From: an uncultured Pseudomonadota bacterium
GTDB taxonomy: Bacteria; UBA10199; JADFYH01
NCBI GenBank assembly: GCA_964384365.1
Contig: CAYLKF010000001.1
Span: 212,079-276,078 of the forward strand
Direction: 5' to 3'
Length of the DNA: 64,000 bases
A program made the translations under genes and the position numbers. Under the pieces are notes generated by a model. The model saw only the letters and a program-made list of their open reading frames with translations, had not been told where the DNA came from and made no database searches. Positions 1-8,702 of the stretch are shown piece after piece (within the stretch, counting starts at the first letter, position 1; each line of letters starts with the position of its first letter).

Positions 1-1257
1 TAAAGAGTGAAAGAAATGTCGTCCCATTCCATTACAACCATCGTCCGTACCTGCGAGCATATAAAAATCAAAATCTTTGGGAGATGTAGAAAAAAGTCGT
101 GGGTCACAATCTGCATTGCGGCTCACAAAATCAGCACTCACAATAGGTTCGCCCGCCGCCGTTTTTGCATCAACCACTTCTTTAGGCACCGTTCCACAAC
201 CACCAGTACCATGATGAAATTTATACCTCCCAGTTCCAGCCTGCCCAACTTTTCCTAATTGAATCAAGTTACGCACCGTATTCCACTGGCTATTCTGGTC
301 GAGCAATCCATTGCGAAGATAAAAATAAAAAACCTTAGAAGCATCGGCAAATTCCATATTCAAACGATACCCTTCGGGTTCAAAACGATGGGTCCAAATA
401 GAACTTGGAAACAGCACCCTGAGTTTTTCAAGAGTATCGGGCAAGCCCCAAGAAACTCGTTCTGCCACGGTAAGATAACTACTTAAGGCCGCACGCCCTA
501 CCCAAGAAAGGCGAATTTCGGCATCGGTATAGTTGGGGGGCGAACCTTTCCAATCTTTGCATCCGCCCGAGTCAACCAAGCGCGCGGCACCTCCCAAAAC
601 ATTCGATGGGTAAAAAACAGGATCTCGCCAATCTTGGCAATTCTCGCGGTTTTTTTCGGGCCCTTCCCAGGGTCGTCGAAATCCAAACTCTTGGCCCCGA
701 TGAAGATTGCGAATGAAATTAAAAAAGGCGCGTTTTTCATCGGGCGTCCAATCATTCCAGAAAACCACCTGTTTAAAATCAGGTTTATTATCTAACCAAG
801 CATTGTACTGGCAAACCCGTTCTCCCAAACTGACTCCACTGAGCACCTCCCGTAACTGCGCCGATAAAAGAGGCGGGCTATCAAATATAAAATCGTAACG
901 ATACGCTCTCTCCGGGCAAGAGTCTTGGCCCCAATAATCTTGTCGCATCTGGTTCATACAGTTCTGAAGGCTCGTTCGGGTACTCTGGTTATTACGCCCG
1001 GAGCTCGCATCATTTGGATTCACGCGTAGAATGGTTTGAGTGCAGGTTCCTTGTAACGAAAGAAGCGAAAGGTAAAAAGCCCTCGCTTGAAGATTTCGAG
1101 CTTGAGCTTGTAAATCGGCAGCCGTCCAATAAATTTTCTTAATATTCTGAAATTGTAAATTTTGAATCGCTGGATTTTGTTGCTGAAACCCCGCTGCATA
1201 AAGATTCACAGTCGAGAAAAAGAAAATGACAAGAAGAATGAAACGAACAAAAAACAT
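1..1257 (-). CDS. Secreted hypothetical protein, 3' end truncated by window edge (at least 419 aa)
   Basis: Manual minus-strand translation from ATG at 1257..1255 (GGAG 4 nt upstream) runs with no stop to position 1. N-terminus MFFVRFILLVIFFFSTVNLYAAG looks like a signal peptide. Absent from the ORF track because no stop codon lies inside the window. Confidence 0.55.
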   Translation of the reverse strand, partial: MFFVRFILLVIFFFSTVNLYAAGFQQQNPAIQNLQFQNIKKIYWTAADLQAQARNLQARAFYLSLLSLQGTCTQTILRVNPNDASSGRNNQSTRTSLQNCMNQMRQDYWGQDSCPERAYRYDFIFDSPPLLSAQLREVLSGVSLGERVCQYNAWLDNKPDFKQVVFWNDWTPDEKRAFFNFIRNLHRGQEFGFRRPWEGPEKNRENCQDWRDPVFYPSNVLGGAARLVDSGGCKDWKGSPPNYTDAEIRLSWVGRAALSSYLTVAERVSWGLPDTLEKLRVLFPSSIWTHRFEPEGYRLNMEFADASKVFYFYLRNGLLDQNSQWNTVRNLIQLGKVGQAGTGRYKFHHGTGGCGTVPKEVVDAKTAAGEPIVSADFVSRNADCDPRLFSTSPKDFDFYMLAGTDDGCNGMGRHFFHSL

Positions 1258-1455
1258 ACTCCGAAAATTATAGCAGGAGCTCCAACCTCTCACGCTTCAA
1301 AAACGACTGAAAAAACAGAAAAAAATTTCTACAAATCTAAACAAGATACTAAAATTTTGAACTTGTTTTGCAGCTTCACTCTTCATTTAAGTTTTGCTAC
1401 GGTGGGGCTCTTTCAGTTTCCTTTTTAAAAACTTATCTACAGCGAGTAAAACAAT

Positions 1456-3690
1456 ATGCTCGATTTCTTCAGAGATATTTTTTCGGCCGACTTCATGCCT
1501 CACGGACACTGCTATTTATGGACGCCTTCTATTCTTTGGTCGATGGTTCTTTCAGATCTCGTCATTACACTGGCCTACTACTCGATTCCCATTTCTTTAA
1601 TTTATTTGGTTCGAAAACGAAAAGACATTCCCTTTGATTGGGTATTTTGGATGTTTGGTGCCTTTATTTTTCTCTGCGGCACAACTCACCTAATGAGTGC
1701 AATAACCACCTGGGAGCCTGCTTATCGACTCGAAGCCCTGATTAAAATCTTAACAGCCTTCATCTCTATTATTACAGCCATTGCCGTTTGGCCCTTGATT
1801 CCTCGTGCCTTGAAAATTCCCAACCTTCAACAACTCCAAAAGATGAAGCTGGAATTGGAAAGAAACGAAAAAAAGTTTCGAGATCTCGTCGAGTCGGCGC
1901 CAGATGCCTTGGTCATGATCAACAAAGAAGGTAAGATTGTCATGGTCAATGAGCAAACCCAAATTTTATTTGGATACGAAAAATCAGAACTCTTGGGAAA
2001 ATTAGTAGAAATCTTGATTCCAGATCGCTTTCACAAAGCTCACCCACAACACCGAAACAGTTTTTTTAACCACCCTATCCGCAGGCCCATGGGCACAGGG
2101 CTTCAACTCTATGCAAAGCGAAAAAATGGCACAGAATTCCCGGTTGAAATCAGCTTGAGCCCTCTAGAAACCGAAGAAGGCCCCCTTGTTACGGCAGCGA
2201 TTCGAGATGTCACAGAACGCAAAAAAATTGAGCAAATGAAGAATGAATTCATTTCAACGGTGAGCCATGAACTTCGAACTCCCCTCACCTCTATTCGAGG
2301 ATCCTTAGGGCTCATCGATGGAGGCTTGGGGGGTGAAATCTCAGAAAAATCTAAGCCCTTGTTAGAGATGGCTATTAACAACTGCGAGCGTTTAGCAAGA
2401 CTCATCAACGACATTCTAGATATTGAAAAAATTGAAGCAGGAAAAATCGAATTTAAGATGGAGGAAATTTCTGTTCAATCTCTCATTAAACAAGCCATTG
2501 CTACAAACGAGTCTTACGCAAAACAATATAAAGTTGAGTTTCTTTTAGAAAAAGAAAGTACTGATCTCTCCGAAGTAAAAATAAAAGGAGATAACGATCG
2601 TTTAATTCAAGTTTTAACAAACTTGCTTTCAAATGCAGCAAAATTTTCACCTCCTCATTCCAAAATACGAACGTCAATTACCAGAAACTCTTCATTCATT
2701 CGCGTGTCTGTGAAAGATGAGGGTTCCGGAATTCCAAAAGAATTTCAAAACCGTATTTTTCAAAAGTTTGCACAAGCAGATTCTTCGAGCACTCGCCAAA
2801 AGGGTGGCACAGGTTTGGGCCTCAGCATCACTAAAAGCATTGTTGAAAAACACCAGGGAACCATTGGCTTTGAACCGAATTTACCACAGGGGACCACTTT
2901 CTATTTTGATATTCCGGAATACGTGTCTCCGAAACCGGTTTCTGCAATTGAAGAAAACTCTCCAAAACCTCGGATACTTATTTGCGAAGACGATGCCGAT
3001 GTTGCGCGTTTATTGCAAATGATGCTCGATCAAGCGGGGTGTCAAAGCGATATTGTTTACACAGCAAAACAAGCCGAAGAATTCTTAGAAAAAACCCCTT
3101 ACGACGCAATGACTCTCGATATTATGCTTCCTGATCAAGATGGAGTTTCTCTGATTCATCAACTTCGAGAAAACCCAAAAACGCGCGAAATCCCAATCAT
3201 TGTAGTTTCTGTGGTGGCTCAAAAAACAAAACAAGAAGTAGAGCTCAAAGGAGATAGCATCAACATCATTGACTGGATTCCAAAGCCTATCTCTCCGCAT
3301 CGTCTTTTCAATGCAATACACACAGCACTTCGAAAGCACAAAGAACCTCATATCCTTTATGTTGAAGACGATACAGATGTGATTCAGGTGATTTCGAGAA
3401 TGTTAGAAAATGTAGCGCAGTTGACGGCTGCTTTCTCTTTGCGAGAGGCCAAAGAGAAAATTCAAAATGAAAAATTTGATTTGATTCTTTTAGATCTTGT
3501 GCTTCCCGATGGAAATGGAATTGAACTACTTCCCTTTTTAAAAACCTCTTCGGGCAGACCAATTCCCGTAGTGATTCTTTCTGCTCAGGAGGTCAATACA
3601 GAAGTCAAAAAACTCGTTGCAGCCACTTTGGTCAAGTCTTTGGCTTCGATAGAAGATATTGTGGGAACTATTCAATCGCTCCTGAAATGA
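1456..3690 (+). CDS. Hybrid sensor histidine kinase: N-terminal membrane domain, PAS, HisKA, HATPase, two receiver domains
   Basis: ATG at 1456. H-box ISTVSHELRTPLTSIRGSL, G-box GGTGLGLSITKSIV, two REC domains with conserved Asp (TLDIMLPDQDG and LILLDLVLPDGNG). N-terminal hydrophobic region with HGHCYLW motif. Confidence 0.9.
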   Translation: MLDFFRDIFSADFMPHGHCYLWTPSILWSMVLSDLVITLAYYSIPISLIYLVRKRKDIPFDWVFWMFGAFIFLCGTTHLMSAITTWEPAYRLEALIKILTAFISIITAIAVWPLIPRALKIPNLQQLQKMKLELERNEKKFRDLVESAPDALVMINKEGKIVMVNEQTQILFGYEKSELLGKLVEILIPDRFHKAHPQHRNSFFNHPIRRPMGTGLQLYAKRKNGTEFPVEISLSPLETEEGPLVTAAIRDVTERKKIEQMKNEFISTVSHELRTPLTSIRGSLGLIDGGLGGEISEKSKPLLEMAINNCERLARLINDILDIEKIEAGKIEFKMEEISVQSLIKQAIATNESYAKQYKVEFLLEKESTDLSEVKIKGDNDRLIQVLTNLLSNAAKFSPPHSKIRTSITRNSSFIRVSVKDEGSGIPKEFQNRIFQKFAQADSSSTRQKGGTGLGLSITKSIVEKHQGTIGFEPNLPQGTTFYFDIPEYVSPKPVSAIEENSPKPRILICEDDADVARLLQMMLDQAGCQSDIVYTAKQAEEFLEKTPYDAMTLDIMLPDQDGVSLIHQLRENPKTREIPIIVVSVVAQKTKQEVELKGDSINIIDWIPKPISPHRLFNAIHTALRKHKEPHILYVEDDTDVIQVISRMLENVAQLTAAFSLREAKEKIQNEKFDLILLDLVLPDGNGIELLPFLKTSSGRPIPVVILSAQEVNTEVKKLVAATLVKSLASIEDIVGTIQSLLK

Positions 3691-3734
3691 AAAAAAGAAG
3701 GGTTAAATTTTTCTGAGTTTTTTTAACACTGAAT

Positions 3735-3823
3735 TACCTCCTCATATCAGGCCCCACCGTTACAAATTCGCCCAAGCTTTCTAAACCTTCTCGAAGATGC
3801 GCGTTTCGCACATGCTCGAAGGT
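3735..3823. repeat. Left direct repeat: orphan copy of the last ~29 codons plus stop of the ABM-family gene at 11537..11818
   Basis: Base-by-base alignment of 3735..3823 with 11538..11626 gives 86/89 identical (mismatches at 3740, 3770, 3796). The minus-strand reading encodes ...FEHVRNAHLREGLESLGEFVTVGPDMRR-stop, but stops lie immediately upstream, so it is a gene fragment. Confidence 0.85.
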
Positions 3824-3860
3824 GGGCTGAGCACTGGGAATGGCATTTATAAAACCAGAT

Positions 3861-6800
3861 CTAATCTAATTTTTGGGTCAATTCACCTGCAATCATCTCC
3901 GCCTGCTTCAACACCATCTCCGTTGCCAAAGCTTGCATATCGGGTGGATAGCCATATTGGCGAAGCGTTCTTTTTACAGCAACTTTGAGTTGGGCACGTA
4001 CGCTTTCTTTGATAGTCCAATCAATCGAAGCGTTTTGGCGGATTTTTTCGGTTAAGACTACCGCCAATTCTCGTAATTTATCTTTGCCTAGAAGTTCTCT
4101 TGCGCTTTGGTTATCTGCAACAGCAGTATAAAAAGCGTATTCGTGATCGGAAAGTCCCAAAGTTTTAGGCTCTTCATCGATTGATTTGATATCTTTCGCA
4201 AGCTTGATCAGTTCTTCAATCACTTCTGCAGCCGTGATAATTTTACTGTGATAGCGCTTGATGGAATCTTCCAGCATTTCCAAAAGATGTTTGCCTTGGA
4301 TCAAATTTTTCTTCAGTCGTACTTTGATTTCGTCATTCAGAATTTTTTTGAGGGTTTCCAGAGCGATATTCTTGTGCTCCATGTTTTTGATTTCGAGCAA
4401 GAATTCTTCCGATAAAATTGAAATATCGGGTTTCTTAATTCCTGCAGCATCGAACACATCTACTACTTGAGTAGAAACTAGGGCTCGATCAATCAATTGC
4501 CGAATGGTTGTTTCCATTTCTTCATCATTTTTACCGGAGCCCGTGCTGTCAAACTTCACCAATCTCGCTTTCACCGCCTGAAAATAGGCGACTTCCTCTT
4601 TGGCATCCATCGCTTGTTCATGCGGAACAGAAATGGCAAAAGCTTTAGAAAGTGCAGTGACTTCATCAATGAATCGTTTCTTCCCTTTTTCTAAGCCCAA
4701 GATATGCTCTTCCGCAGAAAGGATGAGAGAAAGTTTTTGGGAAGTATTGGCTGAAAAATAATTTTCGTAATTAAAACCGGAAAACATTTGAGAAACCACT
4801 TCGAGCTTTTCCAACAGGAGAGCCACTGCTTTTTCTTGAGTGACTGCTGGATCGCCTTTGCCGCCACTATCCGAATAAAACGAGAGAGCTTTTTTCAAAT
4901 CTGAAGCAATCCCCAGATAATCCACTACCAAACCGCCTTTTTTATCTTTATAAACACGATTCACACGTGCAATTGCCTGCATCAAGTTATGACCTTGCAT
5001 CGGCTTATCAATGTATAAAGTATGCAAACAAGGCGCATCGAAACCGGTCAGCCACATATCCCGCACAATCACCAGCTTTAAAGGATCTTCCGGATTTTTG
5101 AGGCGGGAGGCTAAAGTTCTGCGTTGTTCCTTAGTAGTATGATGTTTGGAAAGTTCAGGGCCATCGCTGGAGGCAGCCGTCATCACTACTTTGATGAAAC
5201 CTTTGGAAAGATCTTCGCTCTGCCATTCAGGCCTCAGTTGAATGATGGCATCGTAAAGAGCCACTGCAATCCGGCGAGACATCGCCACAATCATCCCTTT
5301 GCCTTCAAACACTTCTTGGCGAGCTTCAAAATGGCTCACAATATCTTTGGCAATATTTTGGATTCGATGTTCACTTCCAATTAAAGCTTCCAGTTGCGTC
5401 CATTTCGCTTTGGCTTTTTGCATTTCCGATAAATCTTCATCCGACAATTCTTTATCTAATTCTTCGACCAATTTTTTGCCTTCTGAACTTAATTCCACTT
5501 TGGCAAGACGACTTTCATAATAGATGCGAACCGTCGCTTCATCTTCCACCGCTTTGGCAATATCGTAAATATCGACGTAAGCGCCAAACACTGCTGGCGT
5601 GTTGACATCCGTCCCTTCAATAGGCGTTCCCGTAAATCCTAGATAGGTTGCATTCGGCAAAGCATCGCGCATGTATTTAGCAAAACCATAAACGAGCTTT
5701 TGTCCAATCACATTGCCTTGGGCATCTTTTTCATCCACCGTTTTGGGTTTGAAACCATATTGCGTGCGATGGGCTTCATCGGCAATCACGACGATATTAC
5801 TTCGATTGGAAAGCTCCTCATACACATTACCTTCTTCCGGTTGAAACTTTTGAATGGTGGTAAAAACCACGCCACCCGAGGCTACCTTGAGAAGGTTTTT
5901 CAGATCTTTTCTATCTTTGGCCTGAACAGGATCTTGCCTCAGCAGTTGTTTGGAGGCCGCAAAGGTATCAAACAATTGATCATCCAGATCATTGCGATCG
6001 GTAATCACCAGAATAGTAGGATTATTTAAAGCGCGTACAATCTTGCCCGTCGCAAAAACCATGGTGAGCGACTTGCCAGAACCTTGCGTGTGCCAAACCA
6101 CGCCGCCTTTTCGATCTCCTGTTTCAGAACTCGCGCGCAAAACGGAGTCGACTGCTTTATTGACGGCATAATATTGATGATAGGCCGCCACTTTCTTTAC
6201 TGTTTCAATGCTGGTGATACCTGTTTGAGGATCTTCTTTTTTATGTTTCTCAAAGACGATGAAATTTTGAATCAAATCCAAAAGAGTTTTTTTATTCAGC
6301 ATGCCCTGGATTAAAATTTCCAGCTGGCTCACTAGGTGAGAAGCCTCTGCCTTCCCATCCACCGATTTCCACGCCATGAAGCGACTGTAATCCGAAGAAA
6401 TGGTTCCCGTTTTCGCTTCCAATCCATCAGAAATCACCACGAAGCTGTTGTAGGTGAATAAAGAAGGGATGCTGCTTTTATAGGTTCTGAATTGATCAAA
6501 GGCAGATTTAATCGTGGCGTTTTCATCTGCAGGATTTTTGAGTTCGATCACCATGAGCGGCAAACCATTCACGAAGAGAATAATATCCGGACGTTTGTTC
6601 TGGTTGTTTTCGATGACTGTGAATTGATTGACGATGCAGAAATCATTATTCTCCGGATTTTCGAAATCAATTAGCCATACGTAGTCTCCACGTTCTTCAG
6701 AACCTTCACGTACCAATACATTCACGCCTTCGATGAGCATACGGTGAAAACTTTCGTTATTGTTCATTAATTCGGGAGAATGAATGCGTTGAACTTGCCT

Positions 6801-7013
6801 GAATGCTTCTTCACGCGCTTCTTTTGAAACCTTGGGATTGATGCGATCAATGGCTTCTTTGAGTTTATCGATTAAGAGAACGTCCTCAAAATTCGAACGC
6901 AGTGGATTTTTTTCTCCTGCCGCAATTTCAGGACCGTAGAAGTATTGATAACCTTGCTTTTGCAAAAGCTGGATGGAGAATTCTTCGATGTGGGATTCGG
7001 TGAGGAGAGTCAT
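3861..7013 (-). CDS. hsdR: Type I restriction enzyme R subunit (HsdR)
   Basis: Walker A TQGSGKS and DEAH box VVIADEAHR. The track start at 7028 is a TTG; I prefer ATG at 7013..7011, which overlaps the upstream gene's TGA stop (ATGA) and has a G-rich stretch about 7 nt upstream. Confidence 0.9.
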   Translation of the reverse strand: MTLLTESHIEEFSIQLLQKQGYQYFYGPEIAAGEKNPLRSNFEDVLLIDKLKEAIDRINPKVSKEAREEAFRQVQRIHSPELMNNNESFHRMLIEGVNVLVREGSEERGDYVWLIDFENPENNDFCIVNQFTVIENNQNKRPDIILFVNGLPLMVIELKNPADENATIKSAFDQFRTYKSSIPSLFTYNSFVVISDGLEAKTGTISSDYSRFMAWKSVDGKAEASHLVSQLEILIQGMLNKKTLLDLIQNFIVFEKHKKEDPQTGITSIETVKKVAAYHQYYAVNKAVDSVLRASSETGDRKGGVVWHTQGSGKSLTMVFATGKIVRALNNPTILVITDRNDLDDQLFDTFAASKQLLRQDPVQAKDRKDLKNLLKVASGGVVFTTIQKFQPEEGNVYEELSNRSNIVVIADEAHRTQYGFKPKTVDEKDAQGNVIGQKLVYGFAKYMRDALPNATYLGFTGTPIEGTDVNTPAVFGAYVDIYDIAKAVEDEATVRIYYESRLAKVELSSEGKKLVEELDKELSDEDLSEMQKAKAKWTQLEALIGSEHRIQNIAKDIVSHFEARQEVFEGKGMIVAMSRRIAVALYDAIIQLRPEWQSEDLSKGFIKVVMTAASSDGPELSKHHTTKEQRRTLASRLKNPEDPLKLVIVRDMWLTGFDAPCLHTLYIDKPMQGHNLMQAIARVNRVYKDKKGGLVVDYLGIASDLKKALSFYSDSGGKGDPAVTQEKAVALLLEKLEVVSQMFSGFNYENYFSANTSQKLSLILSAEEHILGLEKGKKRFIDEVTALSKAFAISVPHEQAMDAKEEVAYFQAVKARLVKFDSTGSGKNDEEMETTIRQLIDRALVSTQVVDVFDAAGIKKPDISILSEEFLLEIKNMEHKNIALETLKKILNDEIKVRLKKNLIQGKHLLEMLEDSIKRYHSKIITAAEVIEELIKLAKDIKSIDEEPKTLGLSDHEYAFYTAVADNQSARELLGKDKLRELAVVLTEKIRQNASIDWTIKESVRAQLKVAVKRTLRQYGYPPDMQALATEMVLKQAEMIAGELTQKLD

Positions 7014-8053
7014 AACTCTACCCCCCAAATATTTACTGATTTCGCATCAAACAAATTAACCTTACATTTGAATGATGAGTGAATGGATTTTATATGTTTT
7101 ATATCTTTTTCAGAATAAACACCTATATAAACACTCCATAATTTGGAATCTATATCTTGTTTAGATGCTTTGTTGATAGCATCAATAATATGTTTGTCGT
7201 AATCTCCGAAATTAAAACCAAAAGTGATTAATGAACCTTCTATTGAAGAAAGTTTTTTGTAACAAAAATCAAGATATTGATTGTGTAAAATATGAGAAAG
7301 TTTTTGTTCTCCATCTCCTGCTGTTACAAATACAGGGTATTCCTTATTTTCCATTCTTGTTTTAATATTTTTTAACAAATAATTTCCGTCGTAGATTTCC
7401 TTACTTATTGCAGTGCCACTATCAAATAAATGTAATGCACCGTGTAAGTAATGCACATGTTGTTCCGTACGATTATTACCCCATTCGAGATCGCCGGCTT
7501 CAGCCTCGGCATTTTTATCATCTTCATCATTTATGAAATATTCTCTACCGAAACCGTCTATGATGTTGGCAATACCATCTTGCGAACTCATCAAAACCCA
7601 ATAAAGCAACAAATCGTAATTTGTTGTAAATACATGGCCGTCATTATCAAGATACTCCTTAAGAAATGTTGCACAAAGATTTATTCTATTTTGAGGAATT
7701 TTAAAAATATGCTCAGGATGCAACTGAGAAACGGCATCAATTAAATTTTTCTTTAATGACTCGCTAGCGGCCTTTATTGTACTAGCTAAATTTTGATCTT
7801 TAGAAAACTCAGTGGCGAGTGCGCAAAACACGTCAAGCTCCCTCATGATTTGTTCAAAATTGTATGTTTTAATTATATCAAAAAGTTTCTTTAAAAACTT
7901 ATTATCCGTTTTAAGAAGAAAATCACTTAGGGCGTTATACGAAAATATGGCTTTATCATAAGCCATACTGAAACCATTACCTAACAGTAAGTGTTTAGCT
8001 CTTTTTTTCTTATTCAAATAATTAATAATGTCAGAATACTTTTTAAGCTCCAT
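7010..8053 (-). CDS. SIR2-like (ThsA / SIR2_2 / DUF4917-type) putative NAD+-consuming effector
   Basis: Four motifs in the canonical order: Gly-rich loop LLLGNGFSMAY, FTTNYDLL, HYLHGALH, ITFGFNFGDYD, matching the ThsA SIR2 motifs GAGxS / TTNYD / HGD / GFSFxD as I recall them. Sampled lines give about 25-33% G+C, lower than hsdR. Confidence 0.6.
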   Translation of the reverse strand: MELKKYSDIINYLNKKKRAKHLLLGNGFSMAYDKAIFSYNALSDFLLKTDNKFLKKLFDIIKTYNFEQIMRELDVFCALATEFSKDQNLASTIKAASESLKKNLIDAVSQLHPEHIFKIPQNRINLCATFLKEYLDNDGHVFTTNYDLLLYWVLMSSQDGIANIIDGFGREYFINDEDDKNAEAEAGDLEWGNNRTEQHVHYLHGALHLFDSGTAISKEIYDGNYLLKNIKTRMENKEYPVFVTAGDGEQKLSHILHNQYLDFCYKKLSSIEGSLITFGFNFGDYDKHIIDAINKASKQDIDSKLWSVYIGVYSEKDIKHIKSIHSSFKCKVNLFDAKSVNIWGVEL

Positions 8054-8054
8054 G

Positions 8055-8702
8055 TTATTCTGTCTCTACATTAAACATCTTACATTCAACCGCATAAGCT
8101 CGTGGATCTATGTTATAAAGTATTTCACTAGCTAGATACGAATATTCTCCCATTACAAACTCACCAAATGAATCATCCCAAAATTCATTAAAATCTGAAT
8201 TGTCTTGGTATTCAGAAATTTTCTCCTCAGTTTGTGCTACAGTTGTAAGGGGTGATGATGTTTCAAATCCTCTAATTAATAAAGAAGCCACAATTTCAGT
8301 GGAATCGATCAAAAATTCTTTTGCTAAATGATCAATTTTATTGTTCCTATTTTTTAATTCCTCAATAGTCATACCATGAGAAGTTGAGCCAATATCGTTA
8401 CGTAAATTTCCCATCTGCTGGCCAATAGTTGCCAGAGATCTTGAAATTTGATTGACGAGTTCTTCGCTTTTATAACCAATGGCTATAAAAGCACTTTTCA
8501 AAACCGCATTCATATTTGAGGTGTTTGGCAAGGTAACATCTTTAATTTTACAAATTTCCTTCCCTATCGTTTCAAGAAGAGCTTTTGCATTTTCAAGTGA
8601 TAAGCTGAAATCAGTTTCAGCATATGCTTCTATGCGGCTTACAAAAACCTCAATATCTTTCCATCTCCCGTGTTGCTCTATGACAGCTTTTAGTTTCTGC
8701 AT
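8055..8702 (-). CDS. Hypothetical 215-aa protein, partner of the SIR2-like gene; acidic/aromatic C-terminal tail
   Basis: ATG overlaps the hsdS stop (TAATG); its stop lies 1 nt before the SIR2-like ATG. No catalytic motif recognised. C-terminus EYQDNSDFNEFWDDSFGEFVMGEY is acidic and aromatic-rich. Confidence 0.6.
   Translation of the reverse strand: MQKLKAVIEQHGRWKDIEVFVSRIEAYAETDFSLSLENAKALLETIGKEICKIKDVTLPNTSNMNAVLKSAFIAIGYKSEELVNQISRSLATIGQQMGNLRNDIGSTSHGMTIEELKNRNNKIDHLAKEFLIDSTEIVASLLIRGFETSSPLTTVAQTEEKISEYQDNSDFNEFWDDSFGEFVMGEYSYLASEILYNIDPRAYAVECKMFNVETE

Noticed and set aside
3797-4055. Plus-strand ORFs 3797..3988 and 3873..4055
   Set aside because: They overlap the orphan ABM fragment and the 3' end of hsdR in antisense and have no signals of their own.
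5124-6674. Several 60-110 aa plus-strand ORFs inside hsdR, and similar antisense ORFs inside other long genes
   Set aside because: All lie antisense within well-supported long CDSs and lack motifs or translation signals.
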